Positions 7,544 to 17,020 of a DNA stretch of 18,605 bases are shown in pieces. The stretch comes from Elusimicrobiota bacterium (lineage in GTDB: Bacteria; CG03; SLGR01; JBDRKX01). Position numbers and translations under genes: made by a program. How positions within the stretch are numbered: position 1 is the first letter of the stretch; every line of letters begins with the position of its first letter. The notes beneath the pieces are model-generated. The model saw only the letters and a list, made by a program, of their open reading frames with translations, did no database searches and was not told the origin of the DNA. The stretch spans positions 1 through 18,605 of the forward strand of contig JBDRKX010000121.1 in assembly GCA_043813605.1 (NCBI GenBank), in the 5' to 3' direction.

Positions 7544-9583
7544 TTAGCGGCCTTCTTCCCTTTCCTTCTGGTATTTTTCTACAAGATGCTGCTGAATATC
7601 CATAGGCGCCGCTTCAAAATGATCGAATTCTACTGTATATTCTCCCTCTCCGCTTGTCAGTGACCGCAAATCTTCCGCATAAGTTGATAATGATATCTTG
7701 GGTATCTGGGATACTACTATCTGTTCTTCACCGGCCGGCTCTATACCCAAGACTTTTCCTCTCCTTGAATTGAGGTCCCCCATAATCGCTCCCGTATAAT
7801 CATTGCTCACACGTATCCTGGCTTTCATTATCGGTTCGAGTATATATGGCTGCGCTTCTTTCATGGCATTCTGAAATGCAAGACTACCCGCAACCTGAAA
7901 AGCCATATCAGAAGAATCAACATCATGATATGAGCCGTCGAACAAGGCGATCCTTATATCAACAACAGGGAATCCGGCTATAACGCCTTTTTCCATAGCG
8001 TTTACTATACCTTTTTCTATCGAAGGTATATAGTTGCTTGGTATCTTGCCGCCTACTATTTCATTCTTAAATTCGAATCCCGAACCCCGTTCTATAGGCT
8101 CCATCCTTATCACACAATCTCCGTACTGCCCCCGGCCGCCAGTCTGTTTTTTATATTTACCCCGTATATTATCAACTTTTTTTCCGACGGTTTCTTTAAA
8201 AGATATCCTGGGAGCCCTAAGCTCCACCTCCGCTTCGTAACGGTTTTTGATTTTTTTAATAACAAGTTCCAACTGTAGTGTGCCGATGCCTCTTAATACC
8301 ATTTCTTTTGTTTCCGGATTGAAACCGAAACTAAGCGTAGGATCTTCATCTATGATATTTGAAAAAGCCTGAGCTACTTTTTCCTCTTCTCCTTTGTTCT
8401 TTGGATAAACACCCCTGTCTACTATGGGCTGGGGGAATTCTATAGGTTTTAGCGGTGCAGAATCAGCTTTTGCAGACACAGTATCGTTCACTCTGACATC
8501 TTCAAGCTTAACAAGAGCGCATATATCTCCGCTTTTCACTTCAGACACGACAATATTTTCATCTCCTCTTTTCAGTGCCAGCTGGTTTACACGCATTTTT
8601 TTCTTATTTTTTATATTGTATACTTGTTCACCCGCTTTAAGCGAACCTTCACATACTTTCAAAAAATTCACCTGGCCTACATGCATCTGGGATTCTGCTT
8701 TGAATATTATCGCCTTAAAATACCCTGAAGCGACTATAGGACGGTCAGTCTGCTCTATACAGTCCGGAGCGGGAGCATACTTGCCCAGAAAATCTATTAA
8801 TTCTTCGACACCAATCCCCTTAACCGCAGACCCGCACAGCACCGGCACTATTTCTCCTTTAAGGAGCCCCTTTGTCAATCCCTGTCTTATCTCTTCGCTA
8901 TTAAGACTCCCTTCTTCGAGAAATTTCTCCATAAGGGAATCATCGGTAGTTGCCACCGAATCCATAAGGCTTTCAGAGAATCCGGCCATAGCTTCTTTTA
9001 GTTCTCCGGGGATTTCTGCCTCTTTACCATCTTCTACAGCGACACTTTCCAGCAATTTTATTATGCCTTTAAAATTCTCTCCCTGGCCCATAGGTGCTAT
9101 AACAGGCGCTATATTGGGACTTAAATATTTTTTAAGCTGACTAACGATTTCATCAAAAGTACTGCCGCTATGGTCCATATGATTAATATAAATGATCACG
9201 GCTTTACCAAGAGCTTTTGCCCGACGCCAGATTTTCTTTGTAGTTACACCGACGCCTTCATGCGGATTAATCACAAGAAGCACTACTTCACACACTTCCA
9301 GTGCACCTGCAACATTCCCGAAAAAATCAGCAAACCCGGGTGTGTCAATGAAGTTAAATTTTATATTGGAGTACTCCAGGGTTATCAAAGACGAGCTTAT
9401 CGATGACATACGTTCTTTTTCTATCGGATCGTAATCGGAAACAGTATTACCTTCCTCAACTTTGCCCAACCTGTTAATAATACCCAGGCCGAACAACATG
9501 CTCTCAACCAGTTGTGTTTTACCGGCGCCGCTTGCTCCACAGATAACAACATTTCTTATATCCCTTGTTTCATATACTTTCAT
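7544..9583 (-). CDS. fusA: Elongation factor G paralogue (EF-G II / FusA2-type) with variant GTPase motifs
   Basis: 679 aa with five-domain EF-G layout. G1 GASGAGKT, DTPGF, NHMD. Domain IV KKQTGGRGQYG and DGSYHDVDSSDMAF. Domain V ILEPIM...GDLNSRRG. Not in an str operon. SD AGGAGG. Confidence 0.92.
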   Translation of the reverse strand: MKVYETRDIRNVVICGASGAGKTQLVESMLFGLGIINRLGKVEEGNTVSDYDPIEKERMSSISSSLITLEYSNIKFNFIDTPGFADFFGNVAGALEVCEVVLLVINPHEGVGVTTKKIWRRAKALGKAVIIYINHMDHSGSTFDEIVSQLKKYLSPNIAPVIAPMGQGENFKGIIKLLESVAVEDGKEAEIPGELKEAMAGFSESLMDSVATTDDSLMEKFLEEGSLNSEEIRQGLTKGLLKGEIVPVLCGSAVKGIGVEELIDFLGKYAPAPDCIEQTDRPIVASGYFKAIIFKAESQMHVGQVNFLKVCEGSLKAGEQVYNIKNKKKMRVNQLALKRGDENIVVSEVKSGDICALVKLEDVRVNDTVSAKADSAPLKPIEFPQPIVDRGVYPKNKGEEEKVAQAFSNIIDEDPTLSFGFNPETKEMVLRGIGTLQLELVIKKIKNRYEAEVELRAPRISFKETVGKKVDNIRGKYKKQTGGRGQYGDCVIRMEPIERGSGFEFKNEIVGGKIPSNYIPSIEKGIVNAMEKGVIAGFPVVDIRIALFDGSYHDVDSSDMAFQVAGSLAFQNAMKEAQPYILEPIMKARIRVSNDYTGAIMGDLNSRRGKVLGIEPAGEEQIVVSQIPKISLSTYAEDLRSLTSGEGEYTVEFDHFEAAPMDIQQHLVEKYQKEREEGR

Positions 9584-9639
9584 CTTTTCCTCCTGTTAAC
9601 CATTTTCAATAAATACTAAAATTTAATATAAAATTCAAA

Positions 9640-11217
9640 TTACTGTTCAGCTTGTTCTGCATCCTCGATGACCCTTAAAGTAACATTCTGTAATCTTTTC
9701 TCAATTGCAGCTGATATCGGCGAATGCTGTTTTATATACTCTATTTCCAGATCTCTAAAAATAATTTCTGTTTCTTCTGTTTCTGTTCCTTCTGTAAAAC
9801 CCGCATACCCATCACCGCCTTTTGCCAGGAACGAATTGGTAACAATAGTATATTCAGTATCCGGCTCTATCTCTCCGCTTTTGCCTTCAGAATCTGTGAT
9901 TATTACATTCAGCACTCTTCTTTTTTGCGGCAACGAGTCATTATATACCATTCTCAAACCGGATACCTGCAGTGATGAATACTTTCCTGAAACGCTTTGT
10001 TCCAGGAGTTCTTTTACCTGCTTTCCTGTTAAAGTCATCTTTACCAAAGTGTTTCCGAACGGGGAAAGTTCCCATATATCACGCACAAGTATTTCCCCTT
10101 TATATATGGAGGTTCTTATACCGCCCGTATTCTGAAAAGCGAAATCGCTCTCTGTCGAACTGCGCATCAGGTCTGCCTGCCAGTTTCCGAGAGCGAGCTC
10201 ACGGTGTTTTCTCTGGTCTCCGGTAAAATTGTTCGGGAGATATATTTCAGATTCACCTATAACTTCATCCATGCCTTCCAGTTCCCCTGTGTATATCTTT
10301 TTTATCGAGTCTTTTATCTCTGTATTCTTACCGGCGTATTTTTCCGGCAGCAAATCAATAAGCCGATATTTGAACGCCAGTATCTTTTTTTCCCGGGTAC
10401 TGTAGTAGACATTAAGATGTCCTGCATTTTTAAAATGACATCCCGGATGACATATGAGAGTTCTCTTCACTTTCACCGGTTTCTTCATTTTTCTATGTGT
10501 ATGCCCGCCCAGTATTATATCTACATCTCTGACCTTTGAAACTGTATTAATATCTGCATTAAAGCCAAGATGTGAAAGAACTACTATTAGATGGGCTCCC
10601 TTGTCTTTCATATCTGATATGTTATTACTCAGCACCTCTGCAGGATCTAAAAAATCCAGTCCGGATATATTATCTTTATAGGAAATGCTGCCCGTATCGG
10701 GCGTAGTGACTCCGATTATACCCACATTTATCCCTCCAATAGGTTTTATTATATAGCTTTTAATATATTCAGGTATTTTACCTGTATCTGTTTCTATTAT
10801 ATTGCTGCCCAGAAAAGGGAATTCAGCAGATTCCGATAAATTTCTGAATATTTCCTGACCCAGGTCAAATTCATGGTTCCCGACTGCCGCTGCATCGTAG
10901 CCGAGTATATTCATCATATTGATAACGGCGGCGCCTTTGGTGAGTATGCCTTCGGGTGTACCATGAAAACAGTCTCCGGAATCCGTAAGTATATAAGGAT
11001 CTTCCAGCCCGGCCAGATATCCGGCGACAGCATCTATACCGCCTATTTTAATGAGGCCCCTATTCGAATATTCCCGCGAAGGAAGTATGTGTCCATGCCC
11101 ATCCGAAGTAAAGACAAAAGATAAAGGAACTGTATTGTTTTTCCAATAATGAGAATATAGGAGTACAGGCAATACCAGCAGCAGAAGAAAAAGAATAAGG
11201 CGTTTGACGTAATTCAT
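9640..11217 (-). CDS. Exported bifunctional metallophosphoesterase / 5'-nucleotidase (UshA-like family)
   Basis: Signal-like N-terminus. Calcineurin-like motifs SDGHG, DSGD, GNHEFD, LSHLG and GGHTH. C-domain NTGGIR, SPFGN, LQVSG and FLAKGGDGY. Confidence 0.9.
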   Translation of the reverse strand: MNYVKRLILFLLLLVLPVLLYSHYWKNNTVPLSFVFTSDGHGHILPSREYSNRGLIKIGGIDAVAGYLAGLEDPYILTDSGDCFHGTPEGILTKGAAVINMMNILGYDAAAVGNHEFDLGQEIFRNLSESAEFPFLGSNIIETDTGKIPEYIKSYIIKPIGGINVGIIGVTTPDTGSISYKDNISGLDFLDPAEVLSNNISDMKDKGAHLIVVLSHLGFNADINTVSKVRDVDIILGGHTHRKMKKPVKVKRTLICHPGCHFKNAGHLNVYYSTREKKILAFKYRLIDLLPEKYAGKNTEIKDSIKKIYTGELEGMDEVIGESEIYLPNNFTGDQRKHRELALGNWQADLMRSSTESDFAFQNTGGIRTSIYKGEILVRDIWELSPFGNTLVKMTLTGKQVKELLEQSVSGKYSSLQVSGLRMVYNDSLPQKRRVLNVIITDSEGKSGEIEPDTEYTIVTNSFLAKGGDGYAGFTEGTETEETEIIFRDLEIEYIKQHSPISAAIEKRLQNVTLRVIEDAEQAEQ

Positions 11218-11240
11218 TCGATCTTTAAATTACCGTCTGC

Positions 11241-12506
11241 TCATGTATCCATTGATTCTATTTCCATCAGTTTGAGAAATTCCTCGTTTGATTCAGTAGC
11301 TCTCATTTTTTCAACTATCAGCTCCATTGCCTCTACAAGTCCCAGGGGATTAAGAACTTTTCTCAGTATCCATACCTTCTTGATCGTTTCATCCTGAAGA
11401 AGAAGCTCTTCTTTACGGGTCCCCGAACGGAATATATCAATAGCCGGAAACACTCTTTTATTTACAAGGCGGCGGTCAAGATTTACTTCCATATTGCCGG
11501 TGCCCTTGAATTCCTCGAATATAACATCGTCCATTTTACTGCCCGTTTCTATCAGAGCAGTAGCTATAATAGTAAGGCTGCCGCCGCCCTCTATATTCCT
11601 GGCTGCACCGAAAAACCTCTTTGGTCTCTGAAGTGCCTGGGAATCCACTCCACCTGTCAGAATACGCCCGGAGGAAGGTGCAATGGAATTATAAGCCCTG
11701 GCAAGCCTCGTAATAGAATCCAGTAGAATCACTACATCCTTGCCATGTTCAGTAAGTCTTTTGGCTTTTTCAATGGCCATCTCACTTACCTGAATATGCC
11801 GTGAAGCTGATTCATCGAATGTTGAACTTATAACCTCACCTTTCACAGACCTCTGCATATCAGTAACTTCTTCGGGTCTCTCTCCGACAAGAAGCACTAT
11901 CAAGTATACTTCAGGATGGTTTGTGGTAATAGCATTCGCTATTTTCTGAAGTATTATAGTCTTTCCTGCTCTTGGAGGAGATACTATCAGCCCTCTCTGC
12001 CCTTTTCCTATCGGAGTGAGAAGATTCATTATCCTCATTTCAATAACATCTCCGAGGGTTTCAAGATTGATCATGTCCTGCGGATACAACGGTGTCAATT
12101 CATCGAATTTCACCCTGGTTCTTATCTGAGACGGATCCTCACCGTTCACTGCCTCGACTTTAAGAAGGGCAAAATAACTTTCGCCGTTTTTTGGAGGACG
12201 GACCTCCCCGTAAACCGTATCCCCTTTTCTTAAAAGGAATTTTTTTATCTGCGAAGGAGACACGTATATATCTTCCTTGCCGCTGATATAATTGTTCTTG
12301 TTGGATCTCAGAAATCCGAAGCCATCAGGCAGTATTTCAAGAACACCCTCCTTGAATATCTTCTCCTTATCTTCCGCATGAATGCCTTTTAATACTTCAA
12401 TTGCCAGTTCTTCTTTCTTCAGGTTCTTATAGTCCTCCAACTGTAGTTTTTTGGCTTCATCTTTCAGCTCTTTTAACGATTTTGTCTTAAGATCGCTTAT
12501 CATCAT
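11241..12506 (-). CDS. rho: Transcription termination factor Rho
   Basis: [70 protein letters not shown] lies inside the end of coaE, with an ATGA overlap. Confidence 0.98.
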   Translation of the reverse strand: MMISDLKTKSLKELKDEAKKLQLEDYKNLKKEELAIEVLKGIHAEDKEKIFKEGVLEILPDGFGFLRSNKNNYISGKEDIYVSPSQIKKFLLRKGDTVYGEVRPPKNGESYFALLKVEAVNGEDPSQIRTRVKFDELTPLYPQDMINLETLGDVIEMRIMNLLTPIGKGQRGLIVSPPRAGKTIILQKIANAITTNHPEVYLIVLLVGERPEEVTDMQRSVKGEVISSTFDESASRHIQVSEMAIEKAKRLTEHGKDVVILLDSITRLARAYNSIAPSSGRILTGGVDSQALQRPKRFFGAARNIEGGGSLTIIATALIETGSKMDDVIFEEFKGTGNMEVNLDRRLVNKRVFPAIDIFRSGTRKEELLLQDETIKKVWILRKVLNPLGLVEAMELIVEKMRATESNEEFLKLMEIESMDT

Positions 12507-13108
12507 CTATTGTTACCTCCTTGAAGTTCTTCTATAAACTTCTCTACAACTATCTTAGTTTCTTTGATCTCAGTTCCCGTATCTATTACAAGATCTGCTC
12601 TGGCCTTTTTCCCCTCAGGCGGATCTTGTATGTTCAGCCATTTTTCAGCTGTTTTCAGATCAACTCGCTTTTTTTCTATTATCCTTTCAACCTGTACCTC
12701 CCTGGCAACATACGTTAACACGACTTTATCAAACAGGATGTCCCATCCCGCCTCATAGAGCAGCGGGACTTCGCATGCCGCGATAGCAATTCCTTCCTGT
12801 TCCCAGACTCTGAATATCTTTTCTACTTCCTGTCTCACCAGAGGATGTGAAATCTCCTCCAATCTGAGTTTAAAACCGGGATCTTCCAGAATGACGGATG
12901 TTATTTTCTCCCTGTTCAATGTCAGATCACTGTTAAAATATATATCCTGCCAGTTCTGCCTGATACGTGCCCATATGACATTCCCGGGATTCTGTAATCC
13001 GCGGACAAGCTCATCGCAGGAAACGACAGGTATTCCGGTTTCTCTAAAAATCTCTGAAACAGATGTTTTTCCTGTACAGATATTCCCGGTTATTGCTACT
13101 TTCAGCAT
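12503..13108 (-). CDS. coaE: Dephospho-CoA kinase
   Basis: P-loop [37 protein letters not shown] prefer the ATG at 13108, which overlaps the polA stop (ATGCTGA), over the TTG at 13126 in the track. Confidence 0.92.
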   Translation of the reverse strand: MLKVAITGNICTGKTSVSEIFRETGIPVVSCDELVRGLQNPGNVIWARIRQNWQDIYFNSDLTLNREKITSVILEDPGFKLRLEEISHPLVRQEVEKIFRVWEQEGIAIAACEVPLLYEAGWDILFDKVVLTYVAREVQVERIIEKKRVDLKTAEKWLNIQDPPEGKKARADLVIDTGTEIKETKIVVEKFIEELQGGNNR

Positions 13109-15765
13109 TTTTCCATATCTCTCCAATTACTGCCCGCACGCATATCCACCACCATGGGCACGGAGAGTGTTACGACGCTCTCCATTTTATCCTTTATAAT
13201 CTTTTTATACTTTTCTACACTGTTTTCAGGGATCTCAAAAAGGAGCTCGTCATGAATCTGCAGCAGCAGTTTTACCGGACCGCGGTTAAAATCTAATTCT
13301 TTATCGAGTTCTACCATTGCAAGTTTTATTATGTCAGCCGAACTTCCCTGTATGGGCGTATTAATCGCCATTCTTTCAAAAAGCCTGCGGCGCATGGGAT
13401 TTGCCGAGTTTATCTCTTTTAGAAACCGGCGGCGGTTCAATAAAGTTGACACATAAAGTTCTTTCCGCGCTTTTTTTACCGTAGTGTCCATATATTGTTT
13501 TATACCGGGATACTGATTAAAATACCGTTCTATGAACTTCTGCGACTCTTCATAGTTCATATTGGCGCGCCTTGACAGTCCCTTGGCGGACATGCCGTAT
13601 ACTATGCCGAAGTTTATAGCCTTTGCTTTCTTGCGCATGGAATGGTCTACTTTTTCTTCCTCTACTTCAAATACCCGGGCAGCGGTACGCTTGTGTATAT
13701 CTTCCCCGCTGACAAAACTGTCTATAAGGTTTTTATCTTTAGATATATGAGCCAGCACCCTCAGGTCTATCTGAGAATAATCCCCGCTGACAAATCTATA
13801 TCCGTTTTCCGGGATAAATGTCTTTCTTATAAGCCCTCCTTCAGGAGATCTCACAGGTATATTCTGCAGATTCGGTTCACTGGAAGAAAGCCGGCCCGTA
13901 ACTGTACCGGCAATATTGAACGTAGTATGCAGCCTTCCAGTAGTTTTTTTTATCATTATAGGCAGCGGGTCTATGTATGTAGAAAGCAGTTTTTGTAATT
14001 TTCTGTACTCAAGTACCTTTTCCGGTAATTCATGCTCATTTTTCAGCATATGTAATATGTCTTCCGCAGTCGAATATCCGGTTTTAGTCTTCCTGATCGG
14101 CTTTAAGCCAAGTTTTTCGAACAGTATTTCTGCCAGCTGCTTTGATGAATTCACATTGAATGTTTCACCGGCAATGTCATAGATCGATTTTTCTATTATA
14201 GCCTGCCTCTTCTGGAAATCCTTTTTTGTATTATTCATTTGAACAGTATCTACTTTTATCCCGCTCATCTCCATTTCACCAAGTATTTTTAGAACCGGAA
14301 GCTCCACATCTTCATAAAGTTTACCGGTTGATTCTTCTGAAATTCTGCCGGAAAGCTGTTTTTTAAGTTCCCACACTGCCTTGAGTCTGAGAGCAGCTAT
14401 TGAAGCTATATCTTCGACTCTTCTTGCCCATGGAGATTCTCCGATATCTTCCGGCGCCCAGTTCAGATATCTTAAACAGATTTCCTTAAGTCTGCCTGAT
14501 CCTGTTTCCGGATCGATCACATAATCAGCTGTTATTGCATCAAATGAGATCCTGTCTATGGGTATATCGTTTCTTCTGAAAAATTTATATATCTCCTTTA
14601 CATCTGCGGATACCAGCCCTTTTTTACCTTCAGATAAAAACATCCTTAAGGGCTCAGCAAGTTCCTTCCACGCCAGTTGCTGTCCTACACCCAGATAGTT
14701 ATGGCCCATAGGGATATAATATGCTGCACCTGATAAAAATCCAAAGCATATACCTGATATATTGCCGGGCGCCGGTAAATGATCTCCTGAATCAGAAATC
14801 AGCTCGAAACTTATTTCTTTTTCCGCTGAATTCTCTTCCAGGGACTTATTAAATCCTGCCATATCCGTAATTATATCTACCTCAGGACCAGCTTCAGTGA
14901 CATCTCGAACTGACCAATCAGAAAGCATGCTTCTGAAATTCAGTTTTTTCAGCTGCTCCAGAAGAACTAGGGTATCCGGCCCTTTCCAGCGGTAATAATC
15001 AATATCTTCCGGAAGGTTCATATTTTCAACAAGCTGTACCATCCTGCGTGTCAAATATGCGTCTTCTCTGTACTTTTGGAGTTTCTCACTTGTTATCTGT
15101 TTTATGTTACCCAGGTTCATATATATTCCGTCCAGGTCCTCATATTCCGAAAGCAGTTTACGCGCTGTTACAGGCCCTATTCCCCTGACTCCCGGAAGAT
15201 TATCAGAACTGTCTCCTACAAGCGCCAGATAATCTATTATCTGGGCTGGTTTTACCCCGAATTTATCTTTAACCCCATCTTCGTCGTATATTATATCCTT
15301 CCCTGTATCCAATATACTGATATTACCGGTTACAAGCTGATACATATCCTTATCACTTGTTAATATAAATACCGGGAATTCCTTTTTAGACGCCTTTCTG
15401 GCTATAGTTGCTATTATATCGTCTGCCTCAAAACCTTCCTCTCTTATATACTTTATATTAAGCGCTTCCAGGATGCCATATACCCGCGGGAACTGCTCAA
15501 CCAGTTCTTTGTCAGCTTCCTCCCGGTTCGCCTTGTACTTCTCGTATTCTTCATGACGAAAGGTCTTTTTGGAATGATCAAAAGCTACTGCTATATGTGT
15601 CGGCTTTTCTCTGTCTATGATCTTTTTAAGCATCTTAACAAACCCGAACACCGCATTAACCGCACGGCCATCGGCATCTGTCAGCCTGGGCACTGCATGG
15701 TATGCTCTATGAACGTAAGAGTTTCCATCTATCAGGATGATTTTTTTTCTATTCTGACAAACCAT
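13102..15765 (-). CDS. polA: DNA polymerase I
   Basis: 5'-3' nuclease motifs LIDGNSYVHRAYHA, EADDII, GDSSDNLPGVRGIG. Polymerase motifs TGRLSSSEPNLQNIP, motif A DYSQIDLR, motif B KAINFGIVYG, motif C QIHDEL. Confidence 0.98.
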   Translation of the reverse strand: MVCQNRKKIILIDGNSYVHRAYHAVPRLTDADGRAVNAVFGFVKMLKKIIDREKPTHIAVAFDHSKKTFRHEEYEKYKANREEADKELVEQFPRVYGILEALNIKYIREEGFEADDIIATIARKASKKEFPVFILTSDKDMYQLVTGNISILDTGKDIIYDEDGVKDKFGVKPAQIIDYLALVGDSSDNLPGVRGIGPVTARKLLSEYEDLDGIYMNLGNIKQITSEKLQKYREDAYLTRRMVQLVENMNLPEDIDYYRWKGPDTLVLLEQLKKLNFRSMLSDWSVRDVTEAGPEVDIITDMAGFNKSLEENSAEKEISFELISDSGDHLPAPGNISGICFGFLSGAAYYIPMGHNYLGVGQQLAWKELAEPLRMFLSEGKKGLVSADVKEIYKFFRRNDIPIDRISFDAITADYVIDPETGSGRLKEICLRYLNWAPEDIGESPWARRVEDIASIAALRLKAVWELKKQLSGRISEESTGKLYEDVELPVLKILGEMEMSGIKVDTVQMNNTKKDFQKRQAIIEKSIYDIAGETFNVNSSKQLAEILFEKLGLKPIRKTKTGYSTAEDILHMLKNEHELPEKVLEYRKLQKLLSTYIDPLPIMIKKTTGRLHTTFNIAGTVTGRLSSSEPNLQNIPVRSPEGGLIRKTFIPENGYRFVSGDYSQIDLRVLAHISKDKNLIDSFVSGEDIHKRTAARVFEVEEEKVDHSMRKKAKAINFGIVYGMSAKGLSRRANMNYEESQKFIERYFNQYPGIKQYMDTTVKKARKELYVSTLLNRRRFLKEINSANPMRRRLFERMAINTPIQGSSADIIKLAMVELDKELDFNRGPVKLLLQIHDELLFEIPENSVEKYKKIIKDKMESVVTLSVPMVVDMRAGSNWRDMEKC

Positions 15766-15888
15766 AAATTAGTGTCTGATTACAAATTAAAAATTCCGAA
15801 TTGTATCTACCCTTATTAATTAATTCGATGAAAGGTTTCCGAGCATATCCCCTTACTTATATTAATAAAAAATTCTGTTAATACCGCA

Positions 15889-15916
15889 ATTATATTGGCT
15901 AATTTCGGAAAGTCAA
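15889..15916 (-). promoter_or_regulatory. Putative sigma70 promoter P2 upstream of polA
   Basis: TTGACT (15916-15911), 16 nt, TATAAT (15894-15889). Confidence 0.55.
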
Positions 15917-15920
15917 AATT

Positions 15921-15949
15921 ATTCTAGCAAAAAAAAAGACAAATGTCAA
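15921..15949 (-). promoter_or_regulatory. Putative sigma70 promoter P1 upstream of polA (extended -10)
   Basis: TTGACA (15949-15944), 17 nt ending TGC, TAGAAT (15926-15921). Confidence 0.68.
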
Positions 15950-16033
15950 ATTTTCCGGCCTCGGCACCTTTAGGATTTTATCCCTCTTAAAAGAACCCTC
16001 TTTTCAGCTTCAATCCGGGTTTAAGCATGGATA

Positions 16034-16975
16034 TCACTTTTCCCGCCTGTCTACTATATAGCTGCTTCCGTCTTCTTCTTTTGCGTATTTTTTTAGCTCT
16101 GCAGCTACGCTGCAGAGCTCCACGCAATGTTTATATTTTCTTTTTAAATTTGTTGCCACACCTGCTGCAATACTCATTATCGGGAATTCCTGAAATTGTC
16201 CCTGCCGGTTTTTAACTGTTATATGGCCCTTAGCCATGTCTTCCTTATCATAAAGCGCCGGGATCTTGTTGTCAAATTGTTCGATCACCCTACTGCAGAC
16301 AGCATTTACTCTTTCTGGTAAAGTGACCATAATAAAATCATCTCCTCCTATGTGACCTATAAAATCTGCCGGTGTACCGTTCTTGCGCATAGATTCAAGC
16401 AGAATATGTGCAGTCAGTTTGATCGCTTCGTCACCGCGCGAAAAACCGTATTTGTCATTAAAAGCCTTGAAATTGTTAAGATCGTAATACATTACGGCAA
16501 ATAAGGTATTCTCATCCATTCGTTTTTGGATTTCTTCATTTATCTCAACATTTCCGGGAAGATGAGTAAGAGGATTGGCACCGAGTTCTCTCGTATGATG
16601 CTTTAACAGGTTTCTTACGCGTAACAGCAGTTCAGCCGGCTCAAAAGGTTTTATTATATAGTCATTACCCCCCGAAGATAACCCCTCTACCTTATCCTTT
16701 GTCTCATACATACAGGTCAGCATAATTACAGGTATATGGTTAAGCATTATATCATCTTTGATCTGCCGGCACACCTCATAACCGCTCATATCCGGCATCC
16801 TAACATCAAGTACTACCAGATCTATTTTTTCTTCCCGCAGTATGGAAAGAGCCTCTCTTCCCCCTGTCGCCTGCAGTATCTCATATCCCGCATTCCTAAG
16901 GAAGAGACGCAGCATATCCAGAAACTCGATCTCATCATCTACGAGCAGTATCCGCCAGTTATTCATATTCCGCAT
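16034..16975 (-). CDS. Response regulator with GGDEF-like domain (REC-GGDDF variant), copy A
   Basis: REC (LLVDDE, LDVRMP, MLTC, IKPF), then NPLTHLPGN, YYDLNNFKAFNDKYGFSRGD and GHIGGDDF; ends ELKKYAK...DRR. Confidence 0.9.
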   Translation of the reverse strand: MRNMNNWRILLVDDEIEFLDMLRLFLRNAGYEILQATGGREALSILREEKIDLVVLDVRMPDMSGYEVCRQIKDDIMLNHIPVIMLTCMYETKDKVEGLSSGGNDYIIKPFEPAELLLRVRNLLKHHTRELGANPLTHLPGNVEINEEIQKRMDENTLFAVMYYDLNNFKAFNDKYGFSRGDEAIKLTAHILLESMRKNGTPADFIGHIGGDDFIMVTLPERVNAVCSRVIEQFDNKIPALYDKEDMAKGHITVKNRQGQFQEFPIMSIAAGVATNLKRKYKHCVELCSVAAELKKYAKEEDGSSYIVDRREK

Positions 16976-17020
16976 TTACCCGGGCAATATTTTTTCATAT
17001 CCGCCGAGACCGCCTGCATG

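Noticed and set aside
8424..9140. 238-aa plus-strand ORF
   Set aside because: Antisense to the EF-G paralogue, Ser/Pro/Phe-rich with no motifs; a shadow ORF.
15985..16010. Hairpin after REC-GGDDF copy A as a terminator
   Set aside because: The stem is short and AT-rich (AAAAGA/TCTTTT) with no separate U-tract.
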